DNA of 64,000 nt from Balanoglossus misakiensis (taxonomy: Eukaryota > Animalia > Hemichordata), in NCBI GenBank assembly GCA_040954595.2, contig JBECUI020000032.1:124001-188000 (forward strand), written 5' to 3'. This document shows, one piece after another, positions 54,234 to 64,000 of this stretch; position 1 is the first letter of the stretch, and every line of letters begins with the position of its first letter. Position numbers and translations under genes: made by a program. The notes beneath the pieces were generated by a model. It did no database searches and had not been told where the DNA came from. It saw nothing but the letters and a program-made list of their open reading frames with translations.

Positions 54234-55547
54234 ATGGAAATACAGGACATACATGAGCAGGTAGATCTGATCCGAGAAGTCTTTGCCTATACCGAAAGGT
54301 ACCAGGGGTCAACCTTTGTTATCAAAATTGATAATGCCCTTTTGGGACATCTGGCCTTTCCTCAACTGGTTAGGGATCTAGCCATGCTTCACCGAGTGGG
54401 AATACGCATGGTTCTGGTTCCTGGGGCAGGGCAACGTATCAAGGAGATTCTTGATCGCTTCAACGTTTCTCGGAACTATATCAATGCTACCCTCATCTGC
54501 CCTCCCGAGGCCATCGATCTTATAAAAATGGCCGCCTTTGATACGGCTCACCGGGTTATGACGGCTCTTTCAGGACAAAAAATAACGGCCGTCATAGGTA
54601 ACTGGGTGCGCGCCAGAGGTCTGGGGGTTGTCGATGGGGTGGATTCGGGCCGTACTGGAGTGGTGGATCGAATTCGCATCGATGCGGTTTTTCGTTCTCT
54701 TGAACAGGGACACATTCCCCTGTTTCCCTGCATAGGTCATAACGAGATAGGAGATCCCTACAACTTGTCATCCGATGAGCTGGCCAAGACTCTAGCACTG
54801 GCTTCAGGGGCTAAAAAACTCTTTTTTGTTGTTGACGATGTTCTACGCTTTCCTGATTGGAATATACCCCAGGGTATCAATCCCCTTGAAGATGGCCGGA
54901 TTTCCCGCATGTCTCTGAGCAAGGCCAAAGAGTTCCTCAGGATTAACCAGGAAAAAGCCGAAAACACCGTTTTGAACACGGCAATTTCTGCCTGCCAGGA
55001 GGGGGTAGAACGAACCCATCTTATTGATGGGAGGATTCCCGGGGTACTGCTGCAAGAAATTTTTTCCAATCTGGGAGTGGGTACCATGATTTTTTCCGAT
55101 TCCTACGACCAGATACGCCCGATGGAACATAAGGATATTCCCCGTGTATTGGATATTATGCGCCCCATGATAGACACGGGGCTGCTGTTAGAGCGTAGTC
55201 GCAACGACATAATAAAACAAATGGAGGACTATGTTGTTTATACGGCAGATGGGTCGGTTCATGGTTGTGCCGCCCTGCATTCCCTGGGCGATAGCGTCGG
55301 AGAAATTATCGGCTTGGTGGTCAATCCTCAATACAATCAGCTGGGCATTGGGGCCATAATTCTGGATCATCTGGAACAGCAGGCCCGGAACAGGGGGATC
55401 AAAAAGCTTCTGGTACTTACAATAAAAACCGCCGATTGGTTCCTGGCCAAGAAGTTCAAAAAAGGAGGGCTCCAGGATCTTCCTCCCGGGAAGTCCACTC
55501 TTTACAACAGGAAAAGAAATTCCCTAATTTTGGTTAAAGAGCTTTAA
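54234..55547 (+). CDS. argA: Amino-acid N-acetyltransferase (N-acetylglutamate synthase)
   Basis: AAK domain (TFVIKID, EIFSNLGVGTMI) plus GNAT domain (GCAALH, RNSLIL). Confidence 0.9.
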   Translation: MEIQDIHEQVDLIREVFAYTERYQGSTFVIKIDNALLGHLAFPQLVRDLAMLHRVGIRMVLVPGAGQRIKEILDRFNVSRNYINATLICPPEAIDLIKMAAFDTAHRVMTALSGQKITAVIGNWVRARGLGVVDGVDSGRTGVVDRIRIDAVFRSLEQGHIPLFPCIGHNEIGDPYNLSSDELAKTLALASGAKKLFFVVDDVLRFPDWNIPQGINPLEDGRISRMSLSKAKEFLRINQEKAENTVLNTAISACQEGVERTHLIDGRIPGVLLQEIFSNLGVGTMIFSDSYDQIRPMEHKDIPRVLDIMRPMIDTGLLLERSRNDIIKQMEDYVVYTADGSVHGCAALHSLGDSVGEIIGLVVNPQYNQLGIGAIILDHLEQQARNRGIKKLLVLTIKTADWFLAKKFKKGGLQDLPPGKSTLYNRKRNSLILVKEL

Positions 55548-55779
55548 GCCCAAGGTCAGAACTCTTTGAGCTTTTCTGTGTGGGGCAGCCGCCTTCCCCT
55601 CAGAGGGAGTTTACAAGGATAGACTTTGACTTTCTTTGAATCACAGCCATGCCCTTATTTTCTGTTGGGAAACTTACAAGATCTCATAGCCACCAGGGTA
55701 TTTCATCTGCGGCTAGATCGTACTGCATCGGCTTAAATTATATCAAAAGAGCCCATGAAAAAACCATCTGGTATGGATT

Positions 55780-56223
55780 TTACTTTCTTAAAAAACTTCT
55801 TAACCTACTCACAATACCAGTCCTGCTCCCCTCCTCATGCCTTCTTAAGAGGAGTTTTCTGTTTTTGTACCTAAAAACATCGGCACTCACATAACCCCCG
55901 CTACCCGCTACTTGCATTTCGACGATAATTTCTTTTGTGCCCTTGTTACCTATGTCCGTAATGCGTACATCAGAAATACTACCGTCTCGAAAACGAACCA
56001 CACCAGAGACAAAATTGTCGAATGGTGTTTGGGGGTCATACACTTCATAAATTCTAATACTGTAACTACCGACACTTCGTGGTTCCTCTTCCCCCTCGGC
56101 AACGATGGCAATAAGATTCCTGGCTAATGAATGATGCTGATAATATTGATTGAAATCTTGAGATTCATGCCCGTAAGCAGAAAAAGTAAGCAACAAAAAC
56201 CATACAATAAACCTGTTTCTCAT
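55780..56223 (-). CDS. pliI: PliI family periplasmic inhibitor of I-type lysozyme
   Basis: Signal peptide; VAEGEEEPRSVGSYSIRIY, RDGSI, AGSGGYVSAD match the PliI motifs. Confidence 0.82.
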   Translation of the reverse strand: MRNRFIVWFLLLTFSAYGHESQDFNQYYQHHSLARNLIAIVAEGEEEPRSVGSYSIRIYEVYDPQTPFDNFVSGVVRFRDGSISDVRITDIGNKGTKEIIVEMQVAGSGGYVSADVFRYKNRKLLLRRHEEGSRTGIVSRLRSFLRK

Positions 56224-56637
56224 CGTGATCACTTCGATGGTTTTAAAACCGCAGAGACACGATGGCAAAGAACAAAGCTGACTCCCGATAGCATTCATTT
56301 TAAGAATCGTTCCTCCATAATTCTCAATCTGCCTCTATCGGCATCATTGACGGGTATAAGCTTTAAGGAAATGAAAATCCCAAAATCGTGCCCCTACCCA
56401 TGTAAATCAAACCATAGAAGCATAGATTCTGACCTGCAAGGCCCCTATTATACCCTTTCCAGGTAAGGCTGCATATCCACTCAGTCAAGAACAGCATCAG
56501 CCCTGATAGAACCTCAGGTGGCTACTAGTTTTCAATCAGCTGTTAAGAAATAGATTTTCTTACTTGTGTCTATCAAGTAAGAGGGGCAAGGGCAACAAGG
56601 CAGACGAAGGGAAACACCGGTAAGGGGTTTCCAACTT

Positions 56638-57378
56638 CTATGATGAGGCCATTTCTGGGGCTAATGCCTCTTCGTCTATAAACAACTCAACGTGAGGATG
56701 GAGACGAAGCAGAGATACCGGCAGGCGGGTACTGATGGGAGCTTCTTTGAGTTGTTTGACTACCTGCCTTTTATATTGTCCATTAACAATGAGCAGAATT
56801 TCTTTTGACTGCATAAGTTGATCCATCCCCAGGGTAATCCCATGGCTGGGTTGTTCCGCCAGAGAGCTGAGCATGGGATGTTTTAAAGAATCTGCTGAGA
56901 GTGGAACAATATGGGCACCCCATGGTAGTGCATCAGAGGGTTCATTAAAGCCAATATGCCCATTTATCCCCAGACCCAAAATGGAAATATCTATCGGGCC
57001 ATGCTGACGGACAATTGTATCCATCCGTTCACATTCTCCGCTGTCCGGCATGGTGGTAAAACCAAAGTATCGCTGAGAAGGAATATTTAAAGGAACAATG
57101 ATTTCTTCTTGTATGAAACCTTCACAACTTGCCAGGCTATCAGATTGCACACCAACCCACTCATCCAGTTTTAAGATTTTCAGGTGGTCAATGTTGATTT
57201 TTTTCTTCTTGATAGAATCAACAAGCAGCTGATAGCTGAGCTTGGGAGAATTCCCCGAAGCCAGACAAAGCAGAAGATTCCTTGTATGTTTTATCCGCTC
57301 CGTAAGATATCTGGCTACAGCCCTGCTAAGTTCCTGGTAGTCCTTAAATATCCGAAGTCCCCAGCCCTGAGGCATCAC
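56638..57378 (-). CDS. Glucosamine/galactosamine-6-phosphate isomerase family protein (NagB/AgaI-like)
   Basis: LASGNSP, LDEWVG, LGLGINGHIGFNEP, ITLGM. Confidence 0.85.
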   Translation of the reverse strand: MMPQGWGLRIFKDYQELSRAVARYLTERIKHTRNLLLCLASGNSPKLSYQLLVDSIKKKKINIDHLKILKLDEWVGVQSDSLASCEGFIQEEIIVPLNIPSQRYFGFTTMPDSGECERMDTIVRQHGPIDISILGLGINGHIGFNEPSDALPWGAHIVPLSADSLKHPMLSSLAEQPSHGITLGMDQLMQSKEILLIVNGQYKRQVVKQLKEAPISTRLPVSLLRLHPHVELFIDEEALAPEMASS

Positions 57379-58304
57379 TGTATGGTTTTCCCTGTCGATT
57401 GTTGCATGCCCCAGCTAGCAGCCCCTAGCAAACCTGCCTGTTCTCCTAGCTGGCTATACTCCAGTTTCGGTACAAAGGGAATATGGGAGGCCATACACTC
57501 CTGTATCAGAGGAGCGAACAGGGCAAAATCCTTGGCAACCCCTCCCCCAAACACAATAATCGAAGGGTTGAGAACACAGCAGACATTAATCAGGTGCATA
57601 GCCAATTGAGTAAACATCTGCTTAACCCTGTCAAAGCTTTCTTTTAGGTCTGGAGATTGCTTACCTTGATGAATTGAAGCCATTTGGAACAATTCTTTCA
57701 TGGAAGAAGTTGGTGCATCAGCCATAATTTGGGATAGAGCCTTGCCGCTTACCTGTTCCTCAAGGGGAAATTTTCTATTGGCATGGCTTGCTAGTTCATC
57801 GATGTTCGACAAACAAAAGGCAATTTCCCCTGCATAGTTGTGAGCACCGGTAACAAGGGTTCCATGAATAACCGTTGTCATGCTAAGACCAGTACCTATA
57901 TTCACATAGATACTGCCTTCCTTGTGGTCTTGGAGTGCTCCCAGCCAGAGCTCTCCCATAGCAGCGGCCCTGACATCATTAATAAAGAATAGGGGAACAG
58001 AAACACCATAGTGCTTCAAAAGACATTGCTGCAGATTCTCCATCGAGATACCTGAGGCTATATTAGAAGCATTATACAGCTTCTGATCTTTCCCAACAAC
58101 AAAGGGCAGCGCCACAGTACACAAGACAGATTCCTGCTCATGTGTGTAATAAATCTCCGAAGCCAGCAGTTTCGTCAGCCGCTCAGCATCAAAGGCAAGG
58201 GATTCAATCCGGCAGCTTCTGCTTGTGAGGATCCTGCCGTTTTCATCAACCACGGCAGTGTCAAGATTCGTGCCTCCCAGATCTAAAGCACCATAGAGTT
58301 TCAT
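57375..58304 (-). CDS. ROK family sugar kinase
   Basis: DLGGT, NDVRAAAMGE, IGTGL, AGEI. Confidence 0.88.
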   Translation of the reverse strand: MKLYGALDLGGTNLDTAVVDENGRILTSRSCRIESLAFDAERLTKLLASEIYYTHEQESVLCTVALPFVVGKDQKLYNASNIASGISMENLQQCLLKHYGVSVPLFFINDVRAAAMGELWLGALQDHKEGSIYVNIGTGLSMTTVIHGTLVTGAHNYAGEIAFCLSNIDELASHANRKFPLEEQVSGKALSQIMADAPTSSMKELFQMASIHQGKQSPDLKESFDRVKQMFTQLAMHLINVCCVLNPSIIVFGGGVAKDFALFAPLIQECMASHIPFVPKLEYSQLGEQAGLLGAASWGMQQSTGKTIQ

Positions 58305-59143
58305 TATAGAGAAAGCTCCTCAATATAGTGTAAGTTACTTCGAGCACAGCGCAGGGATTGTCCTGGAGACACCTGCCGCATGTCCTGTTCCACCACAGCA
58401 TAACCCTTATATCCGATGGAATGCAAGAGTTCTTTCAACAGGCCAAAATCCAATGCTCCGTGCTCAAGTTCACACATGACACCTCGGTGGATGGCTTCTT
58501 CCAACGAAAGCTTTTCCTGTAAAGCTTGCTGCCTGACCTTGGCATCGATATTTTTAAGGTGAAGATATTCAATCCTATCCTGGTAGGTTTTAATAAACTC
58601 AAGGGGATCGGCACCAGTGTACATATGATGTCCAGTATCAAAGCAGAGATTATAATCGGTATCTTCCAGAAAGCGTATAATGTCTGTTTCCGTTTCAACG
58701 CATGTTCCCAGGTGGGGGTGAAACAGTACCTGGATATTCATCTTTGCCCCTCTTTCTTTTATTTTCTGAACGAAGGCGATCATTTTCTGCCAATTTTCCA
58801 GACAATTTTTGGCGCTATAGGCTTCAGATTCATCCATAATAATAAGATAAGGCACTCCTAGGGTTCTAAGAAGCTCGGCCATGGAAAGAAAGTCCTGAAA
58901 AAAACGCTCATGCTGGGAGGGCATGGCCAAGGCCCCCACAAGCGTTCCTCCGCAAATAGTTATGTTATGTGCCGCCAATTTGGCTTCTAACCGCTTTGCA
59001 TCCACCGGCATATAGCCAAAGGGGCCAAGCTCAGAGAACCGATACCCTGCTTCTTCCACCTCTTGGAGATATTGCTTCCATTCTGGCTTATCCGTAGGAT
59101 ACCAAATTCCCCATGAATCAGGAGCTGTGCCTATATGTATCAT
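58304..59143 (-). CDS. Sugar phosphate isomerase/epimerase, IolE-like TIM barrel
   Basis: TAPDSWGIW, ELGPFGY, FHPHLGT, DTGH, HLK, VEQD. Confidence 0.82.
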   Translation of the reverse strand: MIHIGTAPDSWGIWYPTDKPEWKQYLQEVEEAGYRFSELGPFGYMPVDAKRLEAKLAAHNITICGGTLVGALAMPSQHERFFQDFLSMAELLRTLGVPYLIIMDESEAYSAKNCLENWQKMIAFVQKIKERGAKMNIQVLFHPHLGTCVETETDIIRFLEDTDYNLCFDTGHHMYTGADPLEFIKTYQDRIEYLHLKNIDAKVRQQALQEKLSLEEAIHRGVMCELEHGALDFGLLKELLHSIGYKGYAVVEQDMRQVSPGQSLRCARSNLHYIEELSL

Positions 59144-59150
59144 GGATTAC

Positions 59151-60233
59151 CTACCCTTCCCTACGCAATTTCTGCAGTATCTGTTCAAAAAGAACAAAGT
59201 CTTCCATAGAATCTTCCAGATTAGTTTTGGGTTCAGTTCCTTCAACCATATGACTATGCAGTCTTTTTAGTTCGACCTCGAAAGCATCGGTATAGTAGGG
59301 TCCAAAACGCCTGGCAGAGGTTTCCGTGTCGGAACTTTCTTCAATTTCAAGGGTGGCTGGTAGGTTCCGGATGTAGGGGGTAGGATAATTCAGTTTTATT
59401 TTTTTTCTATCTGAGAAAATTTCAATTCCAGCATCAAAACGGGCAACATTGTTAATAAGGGCCTGATACACGGCACAGAAATGTCCGTAATCAAAAACAA
59501 TACTCAGGGCCTCACCATTCTTTTTCAAAACTGCGCTCACAACAGACTGCGGCATACCAAGCAGTTCCCGCATAGCGGAAAGACTATGGGAAGAAAGCCC
59601 CGTGAGAACCTGCCAGCCTCGTTTAACAGTGGCATCGCTTCCACAAATTTCCTGCAAATAACGATTCAGGAGTTCCCCACTGCTTTGAATAAGGGATTGG
59701 TCAATATCGCGGGGATAAAAAACAGGATTGGTCTGCCTGATGTAAAACGGACCTTCACATATAATATCCTGCACATGAACATGGTCATAGGCTGCTAGGC
59801 TTGGCAGCAAGTCCTTACAAGCCAGAAATGCCGGCGCATACCGGCGCATATATCCCACCATAACAGGTTTTTCCCTTGGGTGCTGACTCAACTTTTCTAG
59901 CTGCTTCCTTGTCAAACAGACAGGTTTTTCAATAAAGACATACTTCCCCGCATCCATAGCAGCCTTCGCATGGACATCATGATAATGATCCGGCGAGAGT
60001 ATCATTACCACATCGACATCAGGAGAAGAACACAGCTCCTCATAGTCCCGGCTTATCCAAGGAACGTTGTACCGCTTCTGTATATAATGGCAAAGTGAAT
60101 CAGAAACATCAAAAATATGCTCTACTGAATAAAGCCCCGATAATTTTTGTAATATAGGAAGGTGTATCAATTGAGCAACCTCCCCCAATCCGATAAGACC
60201 TACTCTGACCACCTTATCTCCAGTGGAATCCAT
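59151..60233 (-). CDS. Gfo/Idh/MocA family oxidoreductase
   Basis: GLIGLGEVA, EKP, VGYMRRY; ATG 60233 preferred. Confidence 0.88.
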   Translation of the reverse strand: MDSTGDKVVRVGLIGLGEVAQLIHLPILQKLSGLYSVEHIFDVSDSLCHYIQKRYNVPWISRDYEELCSSPDVDVVMILSPDHYHDVHAKAAMDAGKYVFIEKPVCLTRKQLEKLSQHPREKPVMVGYMRRYAPAFLACKDLLPSLAAYDHVHVQDIICEGPFYIRQTNPVFYPRDIDQSLIQSSGELLNRYLQEICGSDATVKRGWQVLTGLSSHSLSAMRELLGMPQSVVSAVLKKNGEALSIVFDYGHFCAVYQALINNVARFDAGIEIFSDRKKIKLNYPTPYIRNLPATLEIEESSDTETSARRFGPYYTDAFEVELKRLHSHMVEGTEPKTNLEDSMEDFVLFEQILQKLRREG

Positions 60234-60247
60234 GATGTAATCCTTAT

Positions 60248-61087
60248 TTATTTGTCTGCATTGTACCCTGCAGCACCGAGAAGATAGTATTTTTGTAAAA
60301 AGAAAAAGATCAATAAGGGCACAATAATGGTTGTTATAGCTGCGGCAGATAATTGATCCCAATTAGCAACAAAATGCCCGCGCAGCAGGGGAATTACCTG
60401 TACTGCCGTGTATTTTTCTGGGGTAAAAAGAAAAATTAGGGGAAAGAAAAAATCAATCCAGCTCCAAACAAACTGAAGAGTAAATACCGCTAGTAAAGCA
60501 GGATATATAGAAGGGAGAACAATCTTGTACAAGATCTGAAAAGGTCGGCATCCGTCAATTTTTGCTGCCTCTTCTATGGCAATATCCTGATTCCTGACAA
60601 AATTCATAATAAAAAAGACAATCCAGGGTAGAGCCGTGGCGGTATGCATAATGATAACCGAGAACAGATTGTTAAGGAGTTTCAAAGAAACCATTATTTG
60701 GAAGACGGGGACTATAAGCATTTGAAAAGGAAGGGCCATTAAAGACACGATGATTGTCAGGAGTATCTTTTTGCAAGGGATGTTATGACGAGCAAAAGAA
60801 TAACCCGCAATGGAGCCCAGTACCATGGGAATGCCAGAACCCAAAGTAGCAATAATAAAGGAATTAAGCAAAGGCCGCCACATGGAAATTGAAGAACTAA
60901 GCAGCACGGTCCGGTAGTTTTTGAGACTGAAGGTGATCTTCTCAAGATTCCACCATCCGTCAAGAATTTCCTCAGAGGGGCGCAGCGAAGCAACAAGCAG
61001 ACCAATCACCGGCAGCACCCACCCAACGGCAATAAGCAGGGCCAAGATAAAGCGGAGGGACAAAACGCCTGATTTGCTGTGTTTCAT
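60248..61087 (-). CDS. Carbohydrate ABC permease
   Basis: IEEAAKIDG; TM helices. Confidence 0.9.
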   Translation of the reverse strand: MKHSKSGVLSLRFILALLIAVGWVLPVIGLLVASLRPSEEILDGWWNLEKITFSLKNYRTVLLSSSISMWRPLLNSFIIATLGSGIPMVLGSIAGYSFARHNIPCKKILLTIIVSLMALPFQMLIVPVFQIMVSLKLLNNLFSVIIMHTATALPWIVFFIMNFVRNQDIAIEEAAKIDGCRPFQILYKIVLPSIYPALLAVFTLQFVWSWIDFFFPLIFLFTPEKYTAVQVIPLLRGHFVANWDQLSAAAITTIIVPLLIFFFLQKYYLLGAAGYNADK

Positions 61088-61935
61088 TGTCTGTCACTAA
61101 GCTGTGAACGTACAAAGTATATAATCGGCCCTAAGGAGAGCAGAGCCATAAGAACAGCAATCGCCGACCCCTTGTTAATATTGCCTTCTCTGAAAGAAAC
61201 ATTATACATTTCCAGAGCCAATAAGTTTGTCCGACCTCCGGGCCCTCCCCCCGTGGAAGCATAGACAATATCAAAGAGTTTCAATTCCCAGATAATACTC
61301 ATGGTAATAATTACCCCCGTTACCGTACGCAACAAAGGAAGGATAATGAAAATGAATCTCTGAAAAGAGTTAGCACCGTCTATGGCTGCTGCTTCATGTA
61401 TGGATATGGGAATTGTTGTCAGGGCGGAAAGATACATAATCATGCTATACCCGACCCATAACCATATAGAAATTGAAACAAGAGCCGGTAGGGCCAGAGC
61501 GACATCGGCAATCCAGTTGATATCCAGCTGTTCCAGTCCGATAAGACCAGCCAGGGAACTTACCATGCCAGAATTGTGCGAAAACAAAAAGCGAACCAAG
61601 ATACCCCCCACGACCATGGGAATAATCATTCCTATAAACAACATGGTTCGCAGAATCCCTCTGCCCGGCATTTCCCTGGACAGAAGCAGGGCAAAAAGCA
61701 GCCCCAAGAGGGTGGTGATTGGCAGATGCAGGAGTATCCAGACAAGGTTGTTTTGAAGGGCCTGAAGGAACCTTTCTTTTTGGAACAAAGAAAGGTATTC
61801 CCCCAGCCCCAAACTGCCATCTCTATACACGCTCAGCCACAGGTTAATAAGCACTGGGGCAAAGAGAAATACCCCTATAATGAGTAAAACAGGAAGAATG
61901 AACAGAAACTCTCGGAGCGTGTACTGCTTATTCAC
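61084..61935 (-). CDS. Carbohydrate ABC permease
   Basis: IHEAAAIDGA, TGGGPG. Confidence 0.9.
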   Translation of the reverse strand: MNKQYTLREFLFILPVLLIIGVFLFAPVLINLWLSVYRDGSLGLGEYLSLFQKERFLQALQNNLVWILLHLPITTLLGLLFALLLSREMPGRGILRTMLFIGMIIPMVVGGILVRFLFSHNSGMVSSLAGLIGLEQLDINWIADVALALPALVSISIWLWVGYSMIMYLSALTTIPISIHEAAAIDGANSFQRFIFIILPLLRTVTGVIITMSIIWELKLFDIVYASTGGGPGGRTNLLALEMYNVSFREGNINKGSAIAVLMALLSLGPIIYFVRSQLSDRQ

Positions 61936-61949
61936 GGTTAACCTATTGA

Positions 61950-63230
61950 TTACTGGTTACGCATGGCCATTGCTTCGACTTCTAGCCGTGCCAAAATCTC
62001 GTCAAGCACTTCTTCTGTCGGACGACTCCAAAGATAAGATAACTGATCCCAGAGCAACGATTGAAAAGTTCCCCCTATGGTATCATCCAGGTCGGGAAGA
62101 ACCGATATTCTGCTCAGTAGCTCCGTAATCGTTCTGTCGGCAGGCGGATAAAGTGAAGCCGGCACAGAAGTGCTGGTGGCAATTCTTCCTCCATTGGCAA
62201 CCTGTATTTCCTGTCCTCTGGTGGATAGGAATTTAAGCAGCATTTTGGCTTCTTCGGGATGTTTTGTGTATTGGGGTATGAACCAGAAGTCGTTCCACAG
62301 CGTTACTGATTCCTGTCCAGGCAGGAGGAGAACCCCTCTGTCCGTCGGCGGATCGACAATTTGCGCATCGGTGGAATCGCCAACAAAGAAGGCGTGTTTA
62401 CCTTCCCACATGGCTTTGAGCTGGGTTTCATATTCGTCGGGTTCGGAGAAGTAACCATCTCTGATCAGGGGAAGCAAGAAATTGCTGATCACCGCTCTTA
62501 CCTCTGGATCGGTCCAAGCTATGGTCCCTTTTGTTAGTCCTCTGTGCATATCGGAGGAACCAAAGGCAATAATCCAGGCTTCCAGAATGCTTGTGAAGGT
62601 CCAACCAACACCACCGCCGCTGGCAAGGGGTGCCGTTACACCCGGTAAGGCTTTTATTTTTGTTAGCAGATCAACAAATTCTTCTTTGGTTTTCAGATCT
62701 TCAGGACTTCCAAGTCCCATTTTTTGAAAAAAGGACTTTCTATATTCCGTAACGGTGATACCTCCAACACCAGGTGCTCCGTAAATAGTACCATTGAGGG
62801 AAACTTCATCCAGGGCTCCATCAATAAATTCTGAGGTACTGAACAAGTCATCCAAGGGAAGAACATGTCCTTTTTCAGCCTGCTGCCTGATGTACCATGC
62901 CCAAGGTAGATCAATAACGTCGGCCAGGGTGTTGCCAGCCTGAAACTGGATGGACAAAGGCGTTGCCAGATCTTCACCTTTCAACGTTTGATATTCCACC
63001 TTAATGGTTGGATTCTGAGCTTCAAATTCTTTAATGACAGGCAAAAAGCCGTCAAGTTCCTCATTTATCCATGGAATAATGATATTTAAGGTAACAATTT
63101 GTTCCTCGGCTTGCTTGGCAGCACTCTCACCACTACCTGCACTAGAAAAAACTAGGACCGCTGCAAGGACCAAAAAAACGTAGAAAACAACTCTTCTCAT
63201 TCCCATCTTTCCCATCTCCTTTTTTTTCAC
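61950..63230 (-). CDS. Carbohydrate ABC substrate-binding protein
   Basis: Signal peptide, FEAQNPTIKVEY, KHPEEAKMLLKFL; start may be one of the downstream Met codons. Confidence 0.88.
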   Translation of the reverse strand: MKKKEMGKMGMRRVVFYVFLVLAAVLVFSSAGSGESAAKQAEEQIVTLNIIIPWINEELDGFLPVIKEFEAQNPTIKVEYQTLKGEDLATPLSIQFQAGNTLADVIDLPWAWYIRQQAEKGHVLPLDDLFSTSEFIDGALDEVSLNGTIYGAPGVGGITVTEYRKSFFQKMGLGSPEDLKTKEEFVDLLTKIKALPGVTAPLASGGGVGWTFTSILEAWIIAFGSSDMHRGLTKGTIAWTDPEVRAVISNFLLPLIRDGYFSEPDEYETQLKAMWEGKHAFFVGDSTDAQIVDPPTDRGVLLLPGQESVTLWNDFWFIPQYTKHPEEAKMLLKFLSTRGQEIQVANGGRIATSTSVPASLYPPADRTITELLSRISVLPDLDDTIGGTFQSLLWDQLSYLWSRPTEEVLDEILARLEVEAMAMRNQ

Positions 63231-63517
63231 TCGAGATAAAAAATCTAAAAAATATCTGTCTCTACTATATCTTCAAGATAACATAGTGTCTAGTATTTCT
63301 TACACTATGTTGTGAAAACAAAGATGTTGAGTCCCTCGTCTACTTTCGGCTGGGAAAGCAGAGATTTCTAAGCATAGCAACCTTTTTCCAATAGTTGAAT
63401 TAAGCCATTGTAAGCACGAGATAAAATCTTGCCATTGCCAGGGATCTCTTGCACTTTCGGGGGGAGATTTTCCTTAAAACCTCTCCCTTGACCCGACATG
63501 AGGAAAAATCCAGACAC

Positions 63518-64000
63518 TCAGAATGCTGTGTTCATTTCCATGGCAATCTTATATCCAGTATTGAGAATTTCCCGGTTTACAATGTTATACTTCTGATTCC
63601 TTTGGGAAATGGCCTCATCCAGAGCCGCATCAATGGCTTCAAGAGAAATCATTTCTGGTTTCATGGCTATCAAGGCCCCAAGGGCCACCATGTTGGCACC
63701 TCTTTCTGATCCCTTGTTCAGGGAAATGTTTGTGGCATCCAGATTAAGAACACGGAGGTCTTTTCTTTTTGGTGGCAACTTAATCAGACTGGAATTCCAA
63801 ATAAGCAAACCACCCGGCCTGAGGCGAGGTTCAAACTTTCTTAACGAGGGTTCGTTCAGGGCAATGACCGTCCCGGGGTACTCTATGACCGGCGATGCCA
63901 CTTCTTCGTCAGAAACAATAACGGAACAGTTGGCGGTTCCCCCACGCATTTCTGCTCCATAGGAGGGAATGTGAGAAACATAAAGGTCCGACCGCATCCC
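63518..64000 (-). CDS. 2-oxoacid:acceptor oxidoreductase gamma subunit (5' end outside the window)
   Basis: PSYGAEMRGGTANCSV, ANMVALGA. Confidence 0.9.
   Translation of the reverse strand, partial: GMRSDLYVSHIPSYGAEMRGGTANCSVIVSDEEVASPVIEYPGTVIALNEPSLRKFEPRLRPGGLLIWNSSLIKLPPKRKDLRVLNLDATNISLNKGSERGANMVALGALIAMKPEMISLEAIDAALDEAISQRNQKYNIVNREILNTGYKIAMEMNTAF

Overview
Chromosomal segment of a spirochaete-like bacterium (inferred from a class I LysRS, a Bat operon and a tandem cNMP-binding protein). Housekeeping blocks occupy about 1-20 kb (bat/moxR, argJ, rmuC, dapA, clpP, era, lysS, rlpA, CBS-pyrophosphatase, patB) and 49-55.5 kb (cNMP protein, glyA, lon, argA). The accessory middle holds an FGE-domain lipoprotein inside a metal ABC locus, a frameshifted sugar ABC cluster and a family of LRR/Fn3-like/GLUG-repeat surface lipoproteins. 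The standout is a tandem array of five ~2.4-2.9 kb paralogs (33987-48746, minus strand; A to E from left to right). Copies A-D each have their own sigma70-like promoter and RBS. Copies B-D carry 17-20 ACTC repeats between the ATG and the lipoprotein signal sequence, all out of frame as assembled, which predicts ON/OFF phase variation. The GLUG modules are shuffled between copies, each 3' end carries a G-quadruplex motif, a ~77-bp direct repeat brackets the array and decayed paralogs lie next to it. A PliI-like inhibitor of invertebrate lysozyme suggests an invertebrate host. Many single-base indels between 24 and 45 kb may be long-read errors. No rRNA, tRNA, CRISPR array or intact transposase was seen.
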